A stretch of DNA of 64,000 nucleotides, from positions 1,344,001 to 1,408,000 of the forward strand of contig CAVQKE010000003.1 in assembly GCA_963713045.1 (NCBI GenBank), written 5' to 3'. Source of the DNA: an uncultured delta proteobacterium. Its GTDB lineage: Bacteria; Myxococcota; Myxococcia; Myxococcales; Myxococcaceae. The notes below the pieces were generated by a model. That model was not told the origin of the DNA. It worked only from the letters and a program-made list of their open reading frames with translations, and made no database searches. Of this stretch, positions 9,212 through 18,012 are shown one piece after another. Numbering within the stretch: position 1 is the stretch's first letter; every line of letters starts with the position of its first letter. A program made the translations under genes and the position numbers.

Positions 9212-10531
9212 TCAGTAGGGGGCAGGCAACGTCACCCGTCCGGGTGCGCCGTTGGCGCCAGTCTGGGTATGACAGCTGTTGCAGTCGCCCGAGGCCACCG
9301 GCGTCGTCATCGCCCGCGTTTTGCCGCTGAAGCTGACAACGGCGGTAATCGGAAACGTCAGCGACGCATTCCCTGAGAAGTTGCCATTGCCGTTGCAGGT
9401 GAAGGAGGCGGTCGCACCAGTGCTGTCCGTCACCGTCACCACCGCACCGGCGGAGGCGGAGGCCACACAGTCATCCGGCTCATGGCCGGTCGGGTACACG
9501 GTGCCGCCGATGTTGAAGCCAGGGCCTCCTTCGCGCTGGTGGCAGGCGATGCAAGCCTCACCGGGGCGCATATTGGAGCCCTCACTACCGGTGTACGTCA
9601 CGCCGCTGGTGCATTGCGCCGGCTCATTCAGCGGGTCCGGTGGCCCGGCGTCTGGGATTCCGCCGTCCGTGGTGCAACTGCCGGCAGGCATGCCGGCGTC
9701 CACCCAGGCGGCGAAATTGCCTTGGTCGGTGGCGCTGGGGGCAGCATTCCCAGAAGGAGGCATGGGCGCCGCACTGTCGGCCATGCGCACCACCGCGCGC
9801 TGGCCGTTGCTTTGCGTCGGGTAGCCGGGCGACAAGGCTTGAAGCTCGGCCAGCGTCACCAGCGGTTGCGGCGCCCCGTTGGTGGGTGTCGGCCCGTGAC
9901 ACGCCCAGCAATAGGTGGACAGTAGGGCGTAGATGTCGCAGGGCACGTCGACGACGATGCCGCCATCCCCGCCGCCGCCACCGCTGCCGGCGTCGGTTCC
10001 AGCGTCGCGACCCCCATCGGACGTCCCGCCATCATCTCCGGGCGGCGTCCCCCCGTCCGAGATGCACTGCTGCGTGGGAAGTCCAGCGTCCGTGTAGCTG
10101 GCGAAGGCGGCTTGCTGCGCCGCCGTCGGTGCAGGGTAGCCCGAGCCCGAAGGAGGCATTGGCGCAGTCGTGCTTGCCATCCGCACCAGCGCACGTTGCG
10201 CGTTGCTTTGGGTGGGGTAACCGGGCGAGGCGGCGGCCAGCTCGGCCGGCGTCACCAGCGACTGCGGGGCCCCATTGGCCGGTGTCGCCCCGTGGCAAGC
10301 CCAGCACGAGGTGGACAACAGCGCATAGACATCACAGGGAAGGTCCGTCGAAAGGACGACGCCGCCACCGCCGCCGCCACCGCCGCCGACAACGACAGGG
10401 GTGCCTCCGTCTGTGCCGAGGAGGCCATCGAGACCCAACTGGCCGAGACAAGCCGAGGCCGTGGCCACCGCACCAAGAAGTACAAGGAGGCCGATTGGTT
10501 GGGCAGCGCCCGGACGTCGCTTTGTGGCCAT
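9212..10531 (-). CDS. Tetraheme c-type cytochrome lipoprotein, paralog of 8144-9025
   Basis: Lipobox-like ASAC; CWACH twice, CIACH, CNSCH; start ATG 10531. Confidence 0.8.
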   Translation of the reverse strand: MATKRRPGAAQPIGLLVLLGAVATASACLGQLGLDGLLGTDGGTPVVVGGGGGGGGGVVLSTDLPCDVYALLSTSCWACHGATPANGAPQSLVTPAELAAASPGYPTQSNAQRALVRMASTTAPMPPSGSGYPAPTAAQQAAFASYTDAGLPTQQCISDGGTPPGDDGGTSDGGRDAGTDAGSGGGGGDGGIVVDVPCDIYALLSTYCWACHGPTPTNGAPQPLVTLAELQALSPGYPTQSNGQRAVVRMADSAAPMPPSGNAAPSATDQGNFAAWVDAGMPAGSCTTDGGIPDAGPPDPLNEPAQCTSGVTYTGSEGSNMRPGEACIACHQREGGPGFNIGGTVYPTGHEPDDCVASASAGAVVTVTDSTGATASFTCNGNGNFSGNASLTFPITAVVSFSGKTRAMTTPVASGDCNSCHTQTGANGAPGRVTLPAPY

Positions 10532-10620
10532 GGGTCCCTCCACGGACAACAGGAGACAACGGGCGGATTCACCACCTGCCGGCATTGCGCCGGCCTCCAG
10601 AAACCCGTCACCGCAGCCGC

Positions 10621-10653
10621 AAAAAAGGCACTTCAGCCGCGGCGGCGAAGTGC
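10621..10653 (-). terminator. Probable intrinsic terminator
   Basis: Minus strand GCACTTCGCC-GCCGC-GGCTGAAGTGC followed by CTTTTTT, downstream of the gene ending at 10709. Confidence 0.55.
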
Positions 10654-10708
10654 AACGTCCGTTGAAAAAAAGTGTGGAGGGTCCCCACCCGCCGACGGGA
10701 AGTGTCCG

Positions 10709-12247
10709 TTAGTAGCTGTAGCGAAAGCCAAGGGTGAAGCCGACGAGTTGGTCGGTGACGCCGGTGACGTTGGCCGAGCCGCCGCTGAAGGTGACTGCAT
10801 AGCGGGTAAACGCCACGCCCAAGCGGACTTCGAGAGGCGGCGCCAACCGGAAGGAAAGGCCGAGTGCCGTGTCAAAGCTGAGCCCAGCCGAGGATGAGGT
10901 GGCATAGGGCGCACGGGTGAGCGGCCCGGCCGAATATGGGTAGAGGTAGCTGACTTCAAAGAAGACGGCGCACCATTGGACCAAGCCCACGTCCAGCTTG
11001 AGTCCAGCCCGCAACGCCCGCCAATGCGCCCCCGGCTGCCCAGTCAGCACCGTCCCGTCCGAGGCCTTTTGGACGTCGAAGTTCATCATCTGCCAGCCCA
11101 CCACCGGCGACAGCCGCACCCTGCTGCCGAGCCGCAAGCGCGCCAGCAGCGAGGCGTCGGCCACCAGCGCGACCGCCGGAAACGTCGCTCCCGAGGTGTC
11201 ATTCTCCCGCTGCAGCTCCATGCCCACGCTGATGCCGACGCCAGCCTCAACGCCGAGCGATTCGAAGACGCCACTGGAGGAGCGCAGCGGAAACAGTCCC
11301 AACAACAGCGTCGGCTCGGCAGCCAGCGGCACAAATGTGTTGCGCACCGCCGGCGTTCTGCCGGGAATGGCGGAGGAAGTGAATTCGCGGTTGAGGAAGG
11401 CAAGCGTCACCTGCACCTCCAGCAAGGACGGCTCGTGCTTCTCCCCTGCGGGAGGAGGCTCTGGCTCCGTCGCCACGTCCTCCGCCACACCCGCCGCTGG
11501 CGCCGCGGCCGATGGCGGAGCCGCTGGCGGCGGAACGGCGGCACCCGCGGCGGATGGCGCAGCCTTCGCAGGGCCGCTGGCTTGCTCCACCGCGGGCAGA
11601 GTGGTCTCTGCTGGCGGCGCGGGCTTCGGCGCCGCCGCCGGGGGGACAGCCGGTGCCTCGCGCTCCGGCCCATGCGCCCGGGTGAGGACCCCCACCAAGT
11701 CCGTCGTCAGCCGGTGCAGCGTGGAGGCGGAGAGGGCCAAGTTGGAAAGCTGCGCCTTCTTCCGCACGAGAATGATGTGGCCTGGGGCGAACACCTGGAG
11801 GTCCACGAAGCGCTTCTTGCCATTCGCGTCTTTCCCAATTTTTCCCGTGACGATGCCGGTGAGTTGCGCCGCCGCCACTCGGTCCCAGTCGACGTGGCCC
11901 TGGCGAAGGACTTGGCTGGAGGGGATGCAGGTCACCTCGGCGCAGAGCGACTGGGTGAGTTGTCGCTCCACCGGGTAACGGCCGAACGGGATGATGGCGA
12001 TGCGGGGCTTCGCCTCGGCAGACGCGCTGGACACCACGACGCAGAGAAGCGCAATCCCGAAGAGGGACAGGACGCACTGGCCGCAGGCCGAGGCGCGTCC
12101 GCGCCCTCTTCCGAAAGGCGAAGCGACGTGTCGCTTGCCCTTCCTCTGAAGCCACGTCGCTGTAGGCACAAGTGTGTGTGGCGTCGGCCCAGTGCTGAGG
12201 CCCCTTGCCGGCCCTGGTTGTTGTCCGGCCGGGCCGCCGTCCGTCAC
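10709..12247 (-). CDS. Exported protein with Pro/Ala linker and C-terminal outer-membrane beta-barrel
   Basis: Hydrophobic signal ending SASA, PAAAP linker, ends VGFTLGFRYSY; true start probably downstream of 12247. Confidence 0.6.
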   Translation of the reverse strand: MTDGGPAGQQPGPARGLSTGPTPHTLVPTATWLQRKGKRHVASPFGRGRGRASACGQCVLSLFGIALLCVVVSSASAEAKPRIAIIPFGRYPVERQLTQSLCAEVTCIPSSQVLRQGHVDWDRVAAAQLTGIVTGKIGKDANGKKRFVDLQVFAPGHIILVRKKAQLSNLALSASTLHRLTTDLVGVLTRAHGPEREAPAVPPAAAPKPAPPAETTLPAVEQASGPAKAAPSAAGAAVPPPAAPPSAAAPAAGVAEDVATEPEPPPAGEKHEPSLLEVQVTLAFLNREFTSSAIPGRTPAVRNTFVPLAAEPTLLLGLFPLRSSSGVFESLGVEAGVGISVGMELQRENDTSGATFPAVALVADASLLARLRLGSRVRLSPVVGWQMMNFDVQKASDGTVLTGQPGAHWRALRAGLKLDVGLVQWCAVFFEVSYLYPYSAGPLTRAPYATSSSAGLSFDTALGLSFRLAPPLEVRLGVAFTRYAVTFSGGSANVTGVTDQLVGFTLGFRYSY

Positions 12248-12278
12248 GCGGACTTTCCGCTACCGCGGGTGGCCGCCC

Positions 12279-13019
12279 TCAGGCCACCGCTGCCACAGCG
12301 GCGCACGTCTCGGCGTCGTCGTGCAGGACAAGCTGCACCGGCGCCGGCGTCCTGACCGCCACCGCAACCAGGTGATGACTGTCCGGGGAGCGCAACTGAA
12401 AGCACCAGCCGTCGGCGGATTCCTGTAGGCCGCCTCCAAAGACGACGCGAGGAGGGGAAGGCTCCAACTGAAAGGCGCACGCCCCCAGGGACAACGTGAG
12501 GCCGGTGCCAAGCGCCTTCAGCGTCGCCTCTTTCAGCGTCCACAGCTGAAAGAAGCGACGTTGGCGCTCCTCGCCTTGGGAGGCCTCCAGCAGAATTCGT
12601 TCGGCAGGGGCGAAGGCGCGGGCAATGCCGAGGACGTCCACCGTGCGGGACGTGTCCTCCACGTCCACCCCGCAGGCTGGCCCCGACGTCACCACCAGTG
12701 CCACCCAAGCCCGAGAGCGCGAGGTGTTGAAGTCCAGCGTTCCCGTGCCAGGACGCAGCACCGGACGGCCATGGGCCTGGACGTCGAAGTCCAGCGCTTC
12801 AGGAGGGAGTCCAAGAAGCCCTCCGAGGACGCCGCGAACCAGCGTCCGGGTGGCGCGGTACTGAAGGCCATGACCCGGCTGCCGGAAGCGCTCTGCCCGC
12901 TCGCGCTCCTCCTGAGACAACCAGCGGCCATGTTGAGGGGCCGAGGCCAAAAGTCGTTCTGGCTGTGCAAAAAAAAGGTGGACCACGCCGGGCCGCACCA
13001 GCGACGACAGCAGGCTCAC
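12279..13019 (-). CDS. Sfp-type 4'-phosphopantetheinyl transferase
   Basis: HGRP, FNTSRS, CGVDVE, FFQLWTLKEATLKALGTGL. Confidence 0.9.
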   Translation of the reverse strand: MSLLSSLVRPGVVHLFFAQPERLLASAPQHGRWLSQEERERAERFRQPGHGLQYRATRTLVRGVLGGLLGLPPEALDFDVQAHGRPVLRPGTGTLDFNTSRSRAWVALVVTSGPACGVDVEDTSRTVDVLGIARAFAPAERILLEASQGEERQRRFFQLWTLKEATLKALGTGLTLSLGACAFQLEPSPPRVVFGGGLQESADGWCFQLRSPDSHHLVAVAVRTPAPVQLVLHDDAETCAAVAAVA

Positions 13020-13029
13020 CGCATGGCCT

Positions 13030-13536
13030 TTAAGGCGCCACCAGGATGGTGCCCAGCACGCGGTCGGCGCCCACCAACTCGAGGGTACGCCGCGCGGAGT
13101 CCAGCGTCGTCTTGCCCAGCGTCAGCGTCAGCACTGCGGCGTCCGCCGCAAGGACAATGGGGACTCCCGCCAGCTGGTCGATGACGCTCGCCAAAAGCAC
13201 AATGGCCCGCTGCGTCCCCCCTGTCCGCCGTTCTCCCGGCGCCGAAACCAGAGAACTCATGTTGACGATGAGAGAGGCACTGGAGGCCAGGGTGACGGCA
13301 CGCGCGTCCAACAGGCGGATGGGGCCGCCGGAAACCAGGGCACCGACGTCGTAGAGGGCATTGGCGACACCCAGTGCGGACTCGCCCGGACCGGCCGGAA
13401 GGACGGCCAGCGACAACCACGGCCGCGTCTGCACGGCAAACCACAGGGCGTTGGCCGCCGGGCCGGCTGCGGCCTGGGGGAGAACGGCCAGCGGCTGCGT
13501 ATCCTCCGCGGAGAGTGTGGACGGCGCACTGCCCAT
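13030..13536 (-). CDS. Degenerate stand-alone BY-kinase-like (Wze-like) protein
   Basis: ADAAVLTLTLGKTTLDSARRTLELVGADRVLGTILV resembles the CpsD/CapB C-terminus; no Walker A GKT/S at the expected position. Confidence 0.6.
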   Translation of the reverse strand: MGSAPSTLSAEDTQPLAVLPQAAAGPAANALWFAVQTRPWLSLAVLPAGPGESALGVANALYDVGALVSGGPIRLLDARAVTLASSASLIVNMSSLVSAPGERRTGGTQRAIVLLASVIDQLAGVPIVLAADAAVLTLTLGKTTLDSARRTLELVGADRVLGTILVAP

Positions 13537-13684
13537 AGGTTCTTTCAGTCTACCCGCGCTCGGCGGGGCACTGTCTTCTGCCTAAAAAAGGACATAGAGG
13601 GCCGTTTCGAGCAATTCAAGCCGTGGGGTCAGTCCGACTGGGGGGCCCCCGCTGGCAACCCCAAAATGGGACGCGGGCCAGCCT

Positions 13685-14923
13685 CTAGGGGCCGGTGCTT
13701 TCCACGGCCGGGGGATGCGCACCGGGTGCGTCGGCCACCCTGCGGCCGCTGGCAAACCTCTCCTTCAGCGCGAGGAAACGCTTTTCGTACAGCTGGTAGC
13801 TCGCGTAAGCCACCAGGAGGGACAGGCCCATGCCTACCGTGGCCTGCACGGCGACTGCGGCCGCGTGCGAGCCGCCAAGCCACGCGGCCAGTGGGAATTC
13901 CGTCTGCCGCGTCGTGAAGTAATACGAGAAGAAGTGGTGGTAGACGTACAGCCCGTAGCTGTAGGTGCCGAGAAAAACCATCACGCCGCTGGTGAAAAAT
14001 CGCGCCACCCAGGCGCGCGGCGGGGCGGTCAGCGCCCAAACCAAAAGGCAGGCCAACAGCACCACCAGCAGCGAGGCCCGCACTTCCTGAAGCGGGGCGG
14101 TAAAGCTGCCGACGGTGCGACTCCAGGCGAGCCGAAGCAGAAACAGTACCGCCGCAGCCATTGCCACCCACGGCACCGCACGGACGGCGGCCTGGACGCC
14201 CCCGGGACGCCGCATCAGCACAGCGAGGAAACTTCCCAGCGCCAGACCGTCCAGTCGGAATGGCGTTAGCACGTAGAGGGCGTGCTGAGGGACGCCCAAG
14301 GCCGCGCACACGACACGGGCGAGGAGCGCCCCTGAAGCCACCAACAGACTGGTCAGAAGAAGCAGCCGCGGTCGCCCGGCCAGTGCCCAAACGACGAATG
14401 GCCACACCAAATAAAAGTGTTCCTCGACGGCCAACGACCAGAAGTGGTCAATGTAGGGCAGCGCCCAGTCTCCGCGAAGGCCAGAGTAGACATTCACGGC
14501 GTAAAGCCACGCCCAGCCCTGGTGCTCCCGCAGCGAGTCGAGCGTCGCGCCGCGAAGCGGCGGAAGCAGCGGCAGCACGAAGAGGAGGACGGCCAGGACG
14601 CCGTAGTAGAGGGGGAAAATCCGCAGCACGCGCCGTACATAAAAATTTCGGAAATAGTCGGGCTTGGCGCGCGCCTCGACGAGGATGCCGGTGATGAGGA
14701 AGCCGGACAGCACGAAGAAGAGGTCGACGCCGTACTGGCCCCAGCCAGCGACCGCGAAAACTGCCTTCTCCCAACGGTTGGTGGGGACGCAGTTGCCGAT
14801 GAAGTGCAGCACCAGCACCATCAGGATGGCCAGGCCGCGCACACCGTCCAAGACCGGAATGTGGCCGCGGAGTTTCGGCATCTCGCGCGCGCTCCGCTGC
14901 TGGTGGCTCGGCTCCTCGGGCAT
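13685..14923 (-). CDS. Acyltransferase-3 (OafA-like) membrane O-acyltransferase
   Basis: LDGVRGLAILMVLVLH, GVDLFFVLSGFLIT, RRVLRIFPLY, HFWSLAVEEHFY, SYGLYVYH. Confidence 0.9.
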   Translation of the reverse strand: MPEEPSHQQRSAREMPKLRGHIPVLDGVRGLAILMVLVLHFIGNCVPTNRWEKAVFAVAGWGQYGVDLFFVLSGFLITGILVEARAKPDYFRNFYVRRVLRIFPLYYGVLAVLLFVLPLLPPLRGATLDSLREHQGWAWLYAVNVYSGLRGDWALPYIDHFWSLAVEEHFYLVWPFVVWALAGRPRLLLLTSLLVASGALLARVVCAALGVPQHALYVLTPFRLDGLALGSFLAVLMRRPGGVQAAVRAVPWVAMAAAVLFLLRLAWSRTVGSFTAPLQEVRASLLVVLLACLLVWALTAPPRAWVARFFTSGVMVFLGTYSYGLYVYHHFFSYYFTTRQTEFPLAAWLGGSHAAAVAVQATVGMGLSLLVAYASYQLYEKRFLALKERFASGRRVADAPGAHPPAVESTGP

Positions 14924-15054
14924 GGATGTGCACCGTACTATTGCCAAACCTCCCAGGCCGAATGGGTCGGGCAACACCTGCTGGCTTCGCGCCAGCGGTA
15001 TGTGGCGTCGAGACAGCCGAGGGCGTCCTGGAGGCCTGGTGCCTGCGCGGCGCT

Positions 15055-16327
15055 TCAGCCCCGTTGAGTGGAGGGCGTGGCCGCCGAGGCCGCCTGCCGC
15101 CGCTCGAGCAACGCGTGGAAGAAATGCTCGAGGCGACTGCCAGAGGCCTCCCAGGAGTATTGCCTCTCCACCAGCGCGCGGCCCCCAGCGCCGAGTTGTA
15201 GCGCCAAGGCGGGCTGGTCGAGGACGCGTCCCACGGCGGCGGCAAACTCCCCTGGGGTGTCGGCCAGCAGAATGTCCTTCTCGGGCCTGGCGGAAATGCC
15301 TTCGGCACCGAGCGAGGTGGAAACGACGGGCCGGCCCATGGCCATCGCCTCCAGAATTTTGAAGCGTGTTCCGCCGCCCATCCGGAGCGGAACAACCGTG
15401 ACGGCCGCCTTCGCCAAGTGCGGGCGCAGGTCTTCCACTTTGCCCGTCACCTCCACCCGGGGCCCCTGGAAGGCGAGAATTTGGGGAAGTCGGTGCTTGG
15501 CCCACAATTTTCAAGCGGGCCTCGGGGTGGCTCCGCGCCAAAAGCGGCCAAACCTCGCGCAACAGGTAGAGCAGCCCGTCGACGTTGGGGAAGTAGTTGA
15601 TGGCACCGAAAAACAGCACCGTCTTTCCGTCCGGGGAAGGCCCATCCGCGGACGGATGGAAATACCCAACGTCCACCGCGTTCGGCACCACGGCGGAGGT
15701 CAGCGAGGGGACGAGTTGGCGTGCGCGCTCCTGGTCTGCCTCTGAACAGAAGGTGACGCCGTCGAAGCTGCGGAAAGCAGCCACTTCCTCCGCCCGGATT
15801 TTCGGCCAATTGGCAGCGTTGTGAATGCGCCGGGCGAGTCCATGCTCATTGCCGGCCTGCTGTCGCGCCAGGTCAAATTCAATGTTGTGCTCATCCAGGA
15901 CGCGCACCGGAAGCGGCGCTCCCGCCGGCGCCTGCGCCAGGGGCAAATGGGCAAGAAAGGGATGCTCAACGTTGACGACGTCAAAGGCCCGCGAGGTGAG
16001 CAGCCGGTGGAGCGTCGGACCGAGCGCCGGAACGTTGAAGAAGGCGTGTTCAAAGCTCCACCCGGAGAGGAGTTGGCGCAGCTGGAAAAGCCGCTTGCCC
16101 ATATTCCACGAGCGGGATGGAACCAACACCACCTCTGCGCAATAGGCCCGCATGGCACGTTCGGTCTCCCCGGCGTCAAGGTCCGGGGAGATGAGCGTCA
16201 CGGCCGTTACCAGATGCCGGCGGGCCAGCTGCATGAGCAGGCCTTGCATGCGCCGCTGCGCACCATAGGAGGCGGGGCTGGGCGGGAACTGGGAAAGGTA
16301 GAGGAGTTGAAGCCGCTCGCCTGCCAT
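15055..16327 (-). CDS. GT4-family glycosyltransferase, frameshift near 15490
   Basis: N-half in the 16327 frame (VVPNAVD, YFPNVDG); C-half in the 15055-15507 frame (PLRMGGGTRFKILEAMAMGRPVVST). Confidence 0.85.
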
Positions 16328-16547
16328 GGTTCGCCCGCGGGTGAGCGCTTATGGCACGCTTTGGTGGGCCTCCGGCGCATTCTTCGCCTGGCAAACGCGG
16401 CCGCCCGCGGCATTCTCGCCTTGTCCCCCGCCCCCTACCCAAGGCACGGCAATTGTTCACTCTTTGCCACTCGCGTGGGTCAAGGCCGCCCCCTTTTCGG
16501 GCCTTTAGCTGCGTGCTACAGGGTGCGGCGTGCTTCAGGGGGAGACG

Positions 16548-16799
16548 ATGGAAGCGTGCGTCGAGCGCCTGGTTCTTGAGTACGCCCAGAGCGTTCCGCC
16601 GAGTCGTCCGCTCGCCTCCCAGCTGTCGCTTCGGGATGACTTGGCCATCGAGTCGCTGTCCCTGGTCTCGCTCGCATTGCGGCTGGGAGGCGAATTCGAC
16701 GTCGACATCGTCGAGTTGGGTCTTGAGCTGAGAGATTTGAAAACCTTCGGGGACCTCGTCGACGTGGCGCGGACCTTGAAAGAACAAACGGCAGGGTAA
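16548..16799 (+). CDS. Acyl carrier protein (ACP-1)
   Basis: 83 aa, acidic; DDLAIESLSLVSL contains the Ppant Ser; LKTFGDLV; GGGGAG RBS. Confidence 0.8.
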   Translation: MEACVERLVLEYAQSVPPSRPLASQLSLRDDLAIESLSLVSLALRLGGEFDVDIVELGLELRDLKTFGDLVDVARTLKEQTAG

Positions 16800-16835
16800 T
16801 TCGAAGGCTGCGATTGACTAGGGGAGTAACTGCAA

Positions 16836-16991
16836 ATGAATGCCAATGAAGACACGCTGAAGGACGTCGAGGAATCCAGCAAGCCGCCAGCGGAGCAGCC
16901 CACCGAGGCATCCACCGACGAGGCAGAGTTTAAGGTGACGGTGCGCAAGCTGGAGGTGCCAGTTCGCCCGAGAGGCGTCCTCGCCGAGTGA
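16836..16991 (+). CDS. Short acidic peptide A1, candidate RiPP precursor or scaffold (51 aa: MNANEDTLKDVEESSKPPAEQPTEASTDEAEFKVTVRKLEVPVRPRGVLAE)
   Basis: Not in the ORF track; GGGGAG RBS at 16821-16826, ATG 16836, TGA 16989-16991; paralog at 24392-24544 with synonymous-only differences in the last 24 codons. Confidence 0.85.
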   Translation: MNANEDTLKDVEESSKPPAEQPTEASTDEAEFKVTVRKLEVPVRPRGVLAE

Positions 16992-17010
16992 GTCGGCGGC
17001 GACCCTTGAG

Positions 17011-18012
17011 GTGAGTTTTTCCGCGTTCGCTGCGCTCGCGGCCAAGCAGGGCTTGGTGCCGTTCGAATACGAGCCAAGCCCGCTGCGGCCTCAAGACGTC
17101 GAAATCGTCATCTCCCACTGTGGCCTATGCCACAGCGATGTGCACCTCATCGACAACGACTGGTCGACAAGCGTCTATCCGCTGGTACCAGGCCACGAGA
17201 TTGTGGGCACGGTAGCGGCAGTCGGGAACGACTGCCCGCTGCGGGTGGGGGAACGCGTCGGCGTTGGCTGGCAGCGGTCGGCATGTCTCCAGTGCGAGCA
17301 GTGCCGCGCCGGGGAGGAGCAGCTGTGCCCCTACCAGGAGGCGACGTGCGTTCGGCACATGGGCGGCTTCGCCGGGCGCATCCGCATCGACGGCCATTTC
17401 GCCTTCCCACTTCCGCCGGCGCTGGATTCGGCGTCTGCGGCGCCACTCCTCTGTGCCGGAGTGACGGTCTTCGCCCCGCTGCGGCGTTGGAAGGTCCGGG
17501 CCGGAGCCCGGGTGGGGGTCATCGGGATTGGTGGCCTCGGGCACCTCGCGCTGCGTTTCCTGCGGGCGATGGGCTGTGAGGCGACGGCCTTCACCTCCTC
17601 TTCTGACAAGCACCAAGCGGCGCTGGAGTTGGGCGCCACGGCGGTCGCTTCCTCGACCAACCCGAAGGAATTGCGTGCGCTGGCCAACCGTTTGGACTTC
17701 TTGCTGTGCACCGTCCCGGCGCGCCTGGACTGGGTAAGCTACCTGCAGACGCTGAAGCCGAATGGCGTGCTTTGCCTCGTTGGCGCACCTCCTGGGCTAC
17801 TCCAGCTTCCGGCGTCACAGCTGGTGACCAGCCAGCGCGCCATTTGCGGCAGCGACATCGGTAGCCCTTCTGCCATCCGAGAGATGTTGGCTTTTGCGGC
17901 GGAGCACGGCATCGGCGCGCAGGTCGAGACGGCGCCGATGCCCGAAGTGAATGCGGCCGTGCAGCGCTTGCGTGAGAACCGGGTGCGCTACCGGATGGTC
18001 CTCACCAACTAG
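17011..18012 (+). CDS. Zn-dependent NAD(P)-linked alcohol dehydrogenase/aldehyde reductase (CAD/Ahr-like)
   Basis: CGLCHSD, PGHEIVG, CLQCEQC..C, PLLCAG, GIGGLG. Confidence 0.9.
   Translation: MSFSAFAALAAKQGLVPFEYEPSPLRPQDVEIVISHCGLCHSDVHLIDNDWSTSVYPLVPGHEIVGTVAAVGNDCPLRVGERVGVGWQRSACLQCEQCRAGEEQLCPYQEATCVRHMGGFAGRIRIDGHFAFPLPPALDSASAAPLLCAGVTVFAPLRRWKVRAGARVGVIGIGGLGHLALRFLRAMGCEATAFTSSSDKHQAALELGATAVASSTNPKELRALANRLDFLLCTVPARLDWVSYLQTLKPNGVLCLVGAPPGLLQLPASQLVTSQRAICGSDIGSPSAIREMLAFAAEHGIGAQVETAPMPEVNAAVQRLRENRVRYRMVLTN

Noticed and set aside
13685..16327. 880-aa glycosyltransferase-acyltransferase fusion in the ORF track
   Set aside because: The GT C-terminal half lies in another frame (15055-15507) and the linker is off-frame text, so this is a frameshift artefact joining two genes
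16352..16456. Sigma-54 promoter-like TGGCACG/AGGCACG boxes upstream of ACP-1
   Set aside because: The required GC at -12 is missing in both
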